Of a stretch of 64,000 bases of DNA, positions 38,506 through 49,712 are shown one piece after another. The notes beneath the pieces are model-generated. The model did no database searches. It had not been told where the DNA came from and saw nothing but the letters and a program-made list of their open reading frames with translations. Numbering within the stretch: the first letter of the stretch is position 1; each line of letters opens with the position of its first letter. The stretch lies in contig NC_043004.1 of the NCBI RefSeq assembly GCF_006345805.1, positions 95,232,001-95,296,000 of the forward strand, given 5' to 3'. The position numbers and the translations under genes were made by a program. This stretch comes from Octopus sinensis. Taxonomy: Eukaryota.

Positions 38506-39256
38506 TCAAACGATAGTGTAGGAATACCGACAAATGATAATACTACTTTAGGAGATAACATCAACTGCAATAATGATAACATTATTTTAGATAGCAGCAC
38601 CAATAATAATAATAATGAAAGTAGGGCTTTAGAACCAAATGAAAATGTAAGAATACCTATAAATGATAATACTATTTTAGATAATAATATTAACTACAAT
38701 AATGATAGAGTTTTTTTTAGATAATAACAATAATCAAAATCATGATAAATTTACCCGCTCTGCTTCGAGCAACAGTAATATAAGACTTCTATCCTCAAGT
38801 TATTCCACCTCTAATTATAATGCCCCTAGATGTAATTGCAGAATTAAATCAAAATGCCCGGCCCCTGATTTATGCGGGTTAATTAACATAATCTACAAGT
38901 GCTCCGTAACCACAGATAATAATAAGTTCTCTTATGTTGGATGTACTGTAAATTTTAAACAGAGATTGAATAACCATCTCTCATCCTTTACATTACGTCA
39001 TAAAGCTGATAGCACCACTCTTTCTAGTAAAATTTGGGAACTAAAAAACAATAATATCAAATATAACCTTAATTGGGAATTAGTCAGAAGAGCAAAACCC
39101 TATAAAAATAGCAGAGTAGGTTGCCAACTTTGCTCCATGGAAGCATTTGAAATACTAATGTATAGAAATAATAGAGAAATTCAATTAAACAGCAGAATTG
39201 AACTTGGAATATCTTGTATACATGCTCGAGTTAAGACTCTTAAATATTTTAAATGA
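38506..39256 (+). CDS. Penelope-type GIY-YIG endonuclease preceded by N/D-rich repeats (1-T frameshift at ~38711-38718)
   Basis: CNCRIKSKCPAPDLC, IIYKCSV...YVGCT, FKQRLNNH, LSSKIWELK, CQLC, LNSRIE...SCIH. The ORF track gives 38702-39256; the upstream +1 frame is open from 38506. Confidence 0.85.
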
Positions 39257-40469
39257 TATTTTAAATGATATCTCAATTGAACTGTATACTGGAATCACTT
39301 TGCATAAATTCACTTTGACTTACATATCACTCCTACATAGTATATTATATATTAACTAGAAAGATAAGATCTAACTAGCTATGATTATTATAATTCCTCT
39401 CTCTGATGGTACTATTTAATACTTATTGATTTAAATTATTTGATTTATTTCTATTGGACCATATTATTAATAATTTAAATTTTGCTCTATTTTTATCTCC
39501 ATTTCTTAGTCTATTTTTCAACCCATATATAAATATTAGTTAGTTAAATCTCTTAGTTTCTTTTACACTAATAATTAATTCTGCTAATCCCAGACCTATC
39601 GTAGTGTATTGTGATGTGATACAATATAATATAAAATAATATAATATAATATAGTGTAGTGTATTATAGTATAGTATAATAATAATATAATTGTTTGATT
39701 TCATTATAAAACAACCCCATTTTTCTCTCCTTTCTAATGACCTCTCATTGTAACCTGACAATCTATTAATAGTAACATTTATAAATAAAGAAATAAATTG
39801 TTGACCTCAGTTCGAATTTTGCACTAAACAAGCTTAGATTTTCTGGTAGTATCAACTTGTGTCCATCCCCTTAGCTTCCCCTTTCCTTTCTCTTTGATAG
39901 CTTTAATAGCAGTAACTGATTAAATTTTACTTCCTTCCTCCTCTCTCTGTGATTCTTGTAAAATTCATTAACAACCTGCACCTCTGCAATATAAGACTGT
40001 CATTTTGCTTCTCATTCGGATTCCCTGATATTTTCGCATGATTGTACCCTAAATCTCTTCACATAACTGGATTATGAACTATAAGGACATGCACATATTC
40101 TGTAAGTTCAAGACTTTTCATCGGATCTCCAAGAATCGAACTTATCTGCGATTCTTGTAAATTTCAATAACAATCTGTTCCTCTACACGATATGACAGTC
40201 ACTTTGCTTTTACTCAGACTTTCCTCTACATGATATGGCAGTCACTTTGCCTCTTACTCGGATTTTCAGAAATCTTGCATGACTGTATCCGAAAATTTCT
40301 TCACACAACTTGATTAAAAATCAATATGAGCTATATGTAACATGCACAAATTCTGTAAGTTTAAAACCTTTCATCGGATCTCCATGAATCGAACTTTCTT
40401 CAATGCAGTTAATCTTACAACCTCTTTTGTATCTACCCCTTTTGATGTTTGGGAATTCTCTGATGTTTT

Positions 40470-40556
40470 TTCGGCTGACGAGTACGAGCCATCTGTATTC
40501 ACTGCATTTTTTGTAGCTTATTAAAGATGTCCTCGTACGAAACGATCGTACCGAGA
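40470..40556 (+). ncRNA. Type I minimal hammerhead ribozyme
   Basis: Stem I UUCGG/CCGAG; core CUGACGA 40475-40481; stem II GUACGAG/CUCGUAC; GAAA 40539-40542; palindromic stem III ACGAUCGU; predicted cleavage after GUA at 40550. Confidence 0.87.
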
Positions 40557-40754
40557 TTTTAATCCATTCTTGTTGCTTTTTTCTTATTTGTAATCACCCC
40601 ACTTGTCGTATGGTTAACACCATATAGATTTCCGGTGCATCCTAGTTAAGGACCATATTCATGTGAATTCTTTAGAATTCACTTGAATCTCAATTACTTA
40701 ACCGTATATATATATATACATACATACATACATACATACATACATACATACATA

Positions 40755-41590
40755 CAGGGTGTCCCAGAAGTCATTGATGCGTTTTAATTTTTAATAACTT
40801 ACTTAACTTTAAAAATAAATACATGTAAGTTTAATACAATATAAAGAACAGACATAACGGAAACTAATATGCACAAATCAAATTTTACAATACTACTACT
40901 ACATCACATATGAAAAATGACATCGCTTAAATGGCAGCCATTTTCGGCTTTGCACGCCCATGCTTTTTTCAAAACTTGCACTATAACACCCTCAAGAGTT
41001 TCAGACCCTACTTCTCTGATTTTTCTATTGATGTTCTCCTTCAGTTGCACCAGGGTCTCCGGTTTGTTGACGTAAACTCTCTCCTTCAGATATCTCCACA
41101 AGAAAAATCCGGGCTAGTCACGTCTGAGGAACGTGAAGGCCATTCAAAGTAGACCTCACACATGGTTCCTGCAAGATGGGACAACTGCCCAAATGGCAAG
41201 AGAAACAATGTAGTTACTACAGTAGTGCTTTGGAGAGAGAATAATCTCCCGCTACGGCAATATCAACTGGCCTGCACGTTTCCCAGACTTGACTAGCACG
41301 GATTTCTCCTTGTGGGGATGCAAACCGGAGACCCTGGTGCAACTGAAGGAGAACGTCAATAGAGAAATCAGAGAAAAAGGGTCTGAAACTCTCGAGGGTG
41401 TTATATTGCAAATTTCGGAAAAAGCATGGGTGTGCGAAGCTGAAAATGGCTGCCATTTAAGCGATATCATTTTTCATATGTGACGTAGTGGTGTTGCAAC
41501 ATTTGACTTGTGTATATTAATTTCCATTATGTCATTTATATTGTATCAAAATTTCATGCATTTATTTGTGAAGTTAAGGAAGTTATTAAG
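40755..41590. mobile_element. Fold-back remnant of a DD41D (rosa-type) Tc1/mariner element
   Basis: TA|CAGGGTGTCC end. The transposase C-terminus appears on minus (40904-41143) and again on plus (41175-41483). QD-x41-D spacing between 41175 and 41301. Confidence 0.8.
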
Positions 41591-41960
41591 AGATATTTTG
41601 ATGTATTTTTTAGTAGACTAAAGCCTATATTACTTTGGACCAGATGCCAAGTATGAGTACCCATTTCTTTGAGAAAGTTAGCTACTGGTAATATACTTGT
41701 ATTCTTACCAGTCGAATATTTATCTCAAATGCTTATCACCAGTAAAAATTAAATTCATGACTAATTCTAGGGACAGCGAAAATTATCCTATGTTTTTTAG
41801 TCATTAATTAATTCGTGAAACCAGCTGAGATAATAGTCTTTATAGAAAACTTATCTCAGCAAAATGTGCAGGTAAAGGGATTTCTGTGTGATCACTACAC
41901 CTGCTAAATTCGATTAAGAAAACTCAGTTCAGTATATGAAGTCCTAAAGAACTTGGTACA

Positions 41961-42372
41961 GACGCAGGAGTGGCTGTGTGGTAAGTAGCTTGCTAACCAA
42001 CCACATGGTTCCGGGTTCAGTCCCGTGGCATCTTGGGCAAGTGTCTTCTGCTATAGCCCCGGGCCGACCAATGCCTTGTGAGTGGATTTGGTAGACGGAA
42101 ACTGAAAGAAGCCTGTCGTATATATGTGTATATGTATATATATATGTGTGTGTGTATGTGTTTGTGTGTATGTGTTTGTCCCCCTAGCATTGCTTGACAA
42201 CCGATGCTGGTGTGTTTACATCCCCGTCACTTAGCGGTTCGGCATAAGAGACCGATAGAGTACTGGGCTTACAAAGAATAAGTCCCGGGGTCGATTTTCT
42301 CGACTAAAGGCGGTGCTCCAGCATGGCCACAGTCAAATGACTGAAACAAGTAAAAGAGTAAAGAGTAAAGAG
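41961..42372 (+). mobile_element. SINE family B, full length
   Basis: GCAGGAGTGGCTGTGTGGTAAG...GGTTCAGTCCC head, internal (TA/TG)n, tail CATGGCCACAGTCAAATGACTGAAAC followed by AGTAAAAG repeats. Confidence 0.9.
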
Positions 42373-43268
42373 TGTTTCTTTTTTTTACTTTTAGCCGTCT
42401 TACGAGCTTCTGATTCGCTGTTGAATTTAGCTGCCACGGTCACATGTTGTTTTCCTCTGATTGTGTACACTACGAAAGGCCACATCTCTTTCAGACATAT
42501 CTCACTTCCGGTGAGGGATGGGTATTGTGGCTTCCTTCCTGTGCAATTGATGCACTCAGGGATAACGACATCGGTTTCAGATATTTCTCTCAACTTCGTC
42601 AGCTTTTTATTCAAGTGAATGTGATATCTACCAGTCTGTGACAACGAGGAATTTTTTTTTAATTTCTTTTTATGAATTGATTGTAACTATCGTTGATATC
42701 GTTGTTTATGCTGTTACTGAGGTCCTTGTTGGTTTTGTTGCTGTTTTTGGCTTTATTTCTGTTGATTTTGTTGATATTCTTGATGGTAGCCACTGCTGTT
42801 GTGGTTGTTGCTGCTGTTATTTTCGACACAGTTGCTGCTGCTGCTGCTGCTGCTGCTGTAAGGGCCATAGTTGTTGTTACAATTTCCGCTGTTTCATTTG
42901 CTGTTGCTATTACTAGCGTTACCATGGCTCATGTTGATGTCTGAGATTTATTTTAGTAATGTTAGTACGGTTACTGTGTCACATGGAATACTCGCTAGTT
43001 AGCTACTATTGCTGAGGTCATCCTCACATGAGGTAACATGAGAGAAAAAGACATTCTCCAGCAATCAGTTCTCTTGTTTGAAAAATAAATATTTTATGAA
43101 AAGGCAGCGATCGTTCCGAGATTGAAACGAGAAGATACTTTTTATAGGAAAATTAAATATAGCCATTAAACAATGACTTCAATTTCAGTGATGGAAACGT
43201 AAAAGAAAGCAAATATTTTTCTAAATCTCACCAAAGATGCTTCAGCGTGGATTCCACGAGTAGCACCA

Positions 43269-43325
<57 letters not shown>

Positions 43326-43327
<2 letters not shown>

Positions 43328-43713
43328 GAAGGAAAAAATGCTTTCTAATTGATGTATCAATACCGGCAGATGACAACGTGTCTCTAAAAGAAATGGAGAA
43401 ACTTTCAAAATACAAAGACCTGGAAATGGGGGTAACCAGAATGTGGAATCTAAAAACAGAAACAATTCCTATCATAGTAGGTGCATTAGGCATGATAAAA
43501 AAATATTCAGACAAATACATAACAAAAACACCAGGACTTACAAACACATATAACATACAGAAAATTGCACTACTATGCACTGCACACATCCTACGCAGAA
43601 CACTTTCCATATAATAACCCTCAGAGCATCACAACAAATCACAGCACCTACCCAAGGCACACAGAGCTGCGCTCGATAGTGAAGTGAAAGCACGCTATAA
43701 AAATATACTACTG
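43326..43713 (+). mobile_element. 5'-truncated R4/Dong non-LTR element, copy 1
   Basis: KCFLIDVSIPADDNVSLKEMEKLSKYKDLE... (restriction-like endonuclease) plus 3' UTR, with (TAA)n on both sides. Confidence 0.85.
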
Positions 43714-43722
43714 AATAATAAC

Positions 43723-43759
<37 letters not shown>

Positions 43760-43761
<2 letters not shown>

Positions 43762-44682
43762 AGCTATAAAACAAATGAAATCCAAACTAAAAATAGAACA
43801 GCAACGAACCATTATAAAACGATGGCAAGAAAAGTCCCTTCATGATAAATACTGCACTAAACTAAACGCAAAAGAAATAGACAAAGAAAAACCCCAGCAA
43901 TGGTTGAGAAGCTCAGGACTCAAAGCAGAAACAGGGATTTTTAATTGCAGCACAAGACCAAAGCCTCCCCACCAGAAATTACCAAAAACATGTAATGAAA
44001 AGAAATATTACAAGTAACTGCAGAATATGTGGAGATGGACAAGAAACAATAAATCATATTATCTCTAGCTGCCCAGTCCTGGCTAAGAAGGAATATATTC
44101 ACAGACATGGCAGAGTTGGAATCTACATACATTGGAAGCTATGCCAACATTATGGAATAACAACAGAAAAAAGATGGTATAGGCACACACCAGAAAAGGT
44201 CACAGAAAACGATAAAGCAACCATACTCTGGGATATGCCGATACACACAGATAGAGAAATTAAGGCCAACAGACCAGATATAGTTGTCAGAGATCATGAA
44301 GGAAAAAAATGCTTTCTAATTGATGTATCAATACCGGCAGATGACAACGTGTCTCTAAAAGAAATGGAGAAACTCTCAAAATACAAAGACCTGGAAATAG
44401 AGGTAACTAGAATGCGGAATCTGAAAACAGAAACACTTCCTATCATAGTAGGTGCATTAGGCATGATAAAAAAAATTTCAGACAAATACATAACAAAAAC
44501 ACCAGGACTTACAAACACATATAACATACAGAAAATTGCACTACTAGGCACTGCACACATCCTACGCAGAACACTTTCCATACAATAACCATCAGAGCAT
44601 CACAACAAATCACAGCACATACCCAAGGCACACAGAGCTGCGCTCGGTAGTGAAGTGAAAGCACGCTATAAAAATAAAACTA

Positions 44683-44685
<3 letters not shown>
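43760..44685 (+). mobile_element. 5'-truncated R4/Dong non-LTR element, copy 2
   Basis: WLRSSGLKAET/AAQDQSLPTRNY, CRICG...ETINH...C zinc finger, RH, RPD, D, KLSKY; (TAA)n at 43714-43759 and 44686-44753. Confidence 0.9.
43995..44588 (+). pseudogene. CCHC finger + restriction-like endonuclease domain of a truncated R4-clade ORF
   Basis: 197-aa frame with the full CCHC-RH-RPD-D-K motif series; no RT upstream in this copy. Confidence 0.88.
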
Positions 44686-44755
<70 letters not shown>

Positions 44756-44999
44756 GACTCTCCCGTGGAAGACGACGTATGGACGTTCAACTTTTGCCGA
44801 ATGAGCTGCACAAATGATTTGTATATAGTAATCAAATGTTCGTGTCATGTCAAGTATAGATGTGATTGCAGAGAAACATGAAGTATTTTGCTCAAGAATA
44901 CAACGAACTCATCCAGTCTAGGAATTGAAACCACGATCTCGCAATCGTGAGTTCAATACCTAATCACAATCCATTCTACTACAGACACAAAGCCTGACA

Positions 45000-45505
45000 T
45001 AGTGGAGATGGGTGCAACTCGACTACATTGACACCAGTGGTCGACTGATGCTTATTTCATCGACCCCGAAAGGGATAGAAGCCAAAGTCGACTTCGGTGG
45101 GATTTGAACTCAGCACGTAAAGCCGAACGAAATACCGTTAAGAATTCTGTCCAGCTTCTTAACGATTCTGCCAGGACACCACTTTTGAAAGGTTTCGAAT
45201 TTCGGCGCAGTGCCAGCACATTTTTAGGGGAGAAGAAAGTCGATTACATTGAAGCCAATCGACTCCGACTGGGTGAAGGATAAAGTCGACCTCGGAGAAA
45301 CATGAACCAAGGATGTAAAAGCGGAGGAAATGCCGCCAGGCATTTTGTCCGGCGTGCTAACGTTTCTGCCAGCTAATGATAATAATTGTTTCAAATTGAG
45401 GTAAGCAATTTGAGGAAAGGATTTTAGTCGATACCATTGGCCCCAAAGGCAAATTTGACCTCAGTAGGAATTCATTCCAGAACGTAGTGTGCCGGAAATA
45501 GCGTA
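45000..45505 (-). mobile_element. Cluster of old SINE family A fragments
   Basis: Repeated TCGACCCCGAAAGG...AAAGTCGAC...GAACTC motifs. Confidence 0.65.
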
Positions 45506-45531
45506 AGTTAGTTTTTTTTCTTTATGCCGAT

Positions 45532-45577
<46 letters not shown>

Positions 45578-45601
45578 TAATAATAAGAATAATAAGAAGA
45601 A

Positions 45602-45632
<31 letters not shown>

Positions 45633-46098
45633 AAGAAGAAGAAAATAACAATAACAAAGTAAAAAAATAATAAGGTATTAAAGTTGTAAGTAATATCGTG
45701 ACAATATTGTGAAACAGCTCTCTCGCAGAACCTGCCATCGTGCCATCAAATGGAACACTTATGCATAATATATAATTGGTTCTTTGACATCACTGACAAG
45801 AATACCATTATCTCTAGTCTGTCAGAGATCTCATACATGTGATTCCCAGGTGTTTGCTGATTTAAGCAATTGTAATGTCATGGTAAATGGGTTGACAGAT
45901 CTGTGGCTTCGCATCATTCAAACTTGAAAAACAAAACCAGGTGTATTTTTTAAGTAAAGATAATTTTTATCAAAATAAATCTTGCTATACATACGTACAT
46001 AGGACACGTATATTACACACACACAATACACACACACACCACAAACACACACATACACACACACATATATATATATATATATACACACACACACCCAA

Positions 46099-46167
<69 letters not shown>

Positions 46168-46250
46168 CATATATATATATAAGCTCACTCGTAGATATCG
46201 CACATGAATATGTGTATGAGTATACATTTGATTGTATGCATATATATATA

Positions 46251-46289
<39 letters not shown>

Positions 46290-46842
46290 TATATATATAT
46301 ATATAGATATATATTTGTATCTATATATGTGTGGGTCTGTCTCTCTGGCTGTCTCTGTGTGTGTGTGAGTGAGAGAGAGTGTGTGCGTGTGTGTGTTTGT
46401 GCGGGGGAAAGGGCGGGGCTCGAACTACCAAGAAAAACAGAACGTAGCACATAAATATAAACCAGCAGAAAGCTAGAAGGTGATTAAAATCTTGAGCATG
46501 GCGCTTATGTTGTCTTTCAATTTTTGAGTCACTTTTGTAACTTATACTAGTTAAAAATTAAAGGTGTGCTTGTCTATATATGTATGTATGTATAACGTGG
46601 AGTAGATGAAACAAAGGCGACTGAAGAACGGGAATTTTCCTTGTTTTGTATGTCCTGTACTCTATTTTTTCGTTGTTTAAGATAAATGTCCATTCCTTGG
46701 TTTTGTGTTTATGTTTTCGTTTATCATTGTGTTCGACGTTTTTTTTGGTGTCCTGTACCCATATATGCATGTATATATACATGTAGAGGTAGGTACGTAC
46801 ATATATGTATGTATATATGCATATGTTTTATTTTATTATATA

Positions 46843-47210
46843 TCTTTATATATTAAAGTCAAGTTGTGTGTCTGTCTCCTACGATTTAGATTCCTAACCA
46901 AAACCGGGTATCTTATAGTCGTGATTCATATCGAGCCCTTCTGGGTATTAGCGCGCGTCTACGATGAGTCTACGATTTAAAAAAAAATTTACCATAATTT
47001 TTTTCCATTTTAATGCATTTTTTTCGCTATTATATAAGGGAAGTAACTCTCCAAAAATGTCTACGATGAGTCAACGATTTTAAAAAAAATTTAGCATCAT
47101 TTTTTTTCTATTTTTAATGCATTTTTTTGCTATTTTTTTGCTATAACTCTCTAAAATTTTTTATAGTTATTTCCCTTACAAACCCGAGCAACGCCGGGCG
47201 ATACTACTAG
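46843..47210 (+). mobile_element. Non-autonomous Helitron
   Basis: A|TC start, subterminal hairpin CCCG-AGCAACGC-CGGG, CTAG|T end, no TSD; homologous to 58432 and 58939. Confidence 0.85.
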
Positions 47211-47214
47211 TATA

Positions 47215-47275
<61 letters not shown>

Positions 47276-47922
47276 GTTCTCAAACCGGCAGTAATTACTG
47301 GGGTAGTATTTACATCCGGTATTTTCAAACGCGCCAGAAATGAGGATATTTGAACGTACTGCAAGTATAATCGGCTGTGCCGTTCGCCTTGCTCGGCTTC
47401 GTATTGATTTTGGCGTTCGGTTCAGCAATTATATTTTTGATATACTACTAACCGAGGATTCGAAAGTGATTTGTAAGTAAAATTACACAATCTATTAACG
47501 ATGAAACAATTGTATAGAGTTAATCCATTTTTTCGTTATTTTTTATTTGTCCTGCCCGCTTACATTTCTTGGCGGGTTGAATTAATGCTTGAGAACAATT
47601 CTTTAGTGGTGGATTCCCTTTGCGGATCTATTTCTAGCGTTAGAGTGACCACATGTGGTCCCTCTCTTATCGCTTGTATATATATATATATATATATAAA
47701 TTAATAATTTTAAATCTTTAACTTTAAATTTAAATAATTAAAATTTTAAATTTTATATCTTATATATATTGTATATTATATTATCTTTATTTCTTTGTTT
47801 TGATTTATGTTTTTCACTCTTTTATTTGCCTAATAGTGGTTTTATCTCTAATTTAATTTATATATATATATACAAACATATATATATATACAAACACACA
47901 CACAAGCACACCTTTAGTTTTA

Positions 47923-48318
47923 GGCGCATGAATGGTCGTGTGATAAGTAGCCTGCTTACCAACCACATGGTTCCGGGTTCAGTCCCACTGCGTGTCACCT
48001 TGGACCAGAAGCATCTACTATAGCCTCGGGCCGACCAAAGCCTTGTGATTGGATTTGTAGACGGAAACTGAAAGAAACCCGTCGTATATATATATATATA
48101 TATATATGTATTTGTGTGTGTGTGTGTATGTGCGCGCGCGGGCGCGGGTGTGTTTCTGTGTCTGTGTTTGTTCCCCCATTATCGCTTGACAAGCGATGTT
48201 TATGTGTTTACATTCCTGTAACTTAGCAGTTCGGCAAAAGAAACCGATAGGATAAGTATTAGGCTCACAAAGAATAAGGCGGTGCTCCAGCATGGCCGCA
48301 GTCAAATGACTGAAACAA
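47923..48318 (+). mobile_element. SINE family B
   Basis: Consensus match with internal (TA)(TG)(CG) array. Confidence 0.85.
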
Positions 48319-49299
48319 ATATATATATGTATATATAGTGAGAGAGGGAGAGAGAGAGAAAGGTTTCTTAAAATGAGCATAATTGGGAATGATATCTGCT
48401 TATGTATTAGTGAAGTATATGCATGTATAATAGGTATGTGCAAGTATGGAACTATAGTGGCTTTGTTTAGTGTGGATGGGTATGTAAGTGCGTAATTATT
48501 GGGAGGATACGAGCACGTATGTGCGTCTAGGAATATGTGTTAAAAACACACGTGGCTTGGGAAGATCAAAGTGGAACATCTTATGTGTGTGTAAGAATAT
48601 TATTTTCTACTCTAGGCACACGGTTCGATATTTTGGGGAAGAGACCAGTCGATTAGACCGACCCCAGTACGCAACGGGTACTTAGTTTATCGAACCCGCA
48701 ATGATGAAAGGCGAAATTTGAACTCAGAACATAAAGACAGACGAAATACTGCTAAGCATTCGCCCGGCGTGCTAACGATTCTGCCAGCTTGCCGCCTTTT
48801 GTGTGTGTAAGAATATTAACAAGAACAAGGACGAATGGAGAAGGAATATTTCAGGGGTGTTGACCGTAAAGCAAAGAAGTAGGTTACGCCCAAAGTATAA
48901 TTAAGAGAAAAATATCTGAAAAGGTTCAATAACGAGATGAGAGAAAATTGTCCGAGAAATTGGTAATGAATCTAGAAGATGGTGAAAATTGTCTGGGAAG
49001 ATAGAACAGAAGATGAAATAACGTGGATGCAACATGGTGAAAAACAAAATGTCGTTACAGTCTTGCTGAAAGGATGAAGGAAAGTTTGACGTAGGAAAGC
49101 GAAAGAAATAAAGTGGTCTTTTTCTTGAGGAAAATGAAAGCAATGAGGGAGATGTCGCAAAAGAAGTGGCGTGGGTGTGTTTGGAGAGTTTTAACCGGTT
49201 AACAGAGTAGTGCGGTGATGCAAAACATGTGTGATTGAGGGAGAGTAATTGGAGATTCGAAAGTGTGAACCGAAATTAGAACTGAAATATAGAAGAATG

Positions 49300-49712
49300 T
49301 ACTCTCTTTTACTCTTTTAATGGTTTCAGTCATTTGACTGCGGCCATGCTGGAGCACCGCCTTTAGTCGAGCAAATTGACCCCGGGACTTTATTCTTTGT
49401 AAGCCCAGTACTTATTCTAGCGGTCTCTTTTGCCGAACCGCTAAGTTACGGGGACCTAAACACACCGGCATCGGTTGTCAAGCAATGCTAGGGGGACAAA
49501 CACACACACACAAACACACATACACACACATATATATATATACATATATACGACAGGCTTCTTTCAGTTTCCGTCTACCAAATCCACTCACAAGGCATTG
49601 GTCGGCCCGGAGCTATAGCAGAAGACACTTGCCCAAGATGCCACGCAGTGGGACTGAACACGGAACCATGTGATTGGTTAGCAAGCTACTTACCACCCAG
49701 CCACTCCTGCGT
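49300..49712 (-). mobile_element. SINE family B, full length
   Basis: Reverse complement of 41961-42372 and 53536-53976. Confidence 0.9.

Larger units (their letters stand above)
37844..40705 (+). mobile_element. Penelope-like element with inverted pseudo-LTRs and an endonuclease-only core
   Basis: Inverted repeats 37844-38508 and 39917-40583, GIY-YIG ORF between them, hammerheads in both repeats, (TA)n on both outer flanks. The right boundary (40583-40705) is uncertain. Confidence 0.88.
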
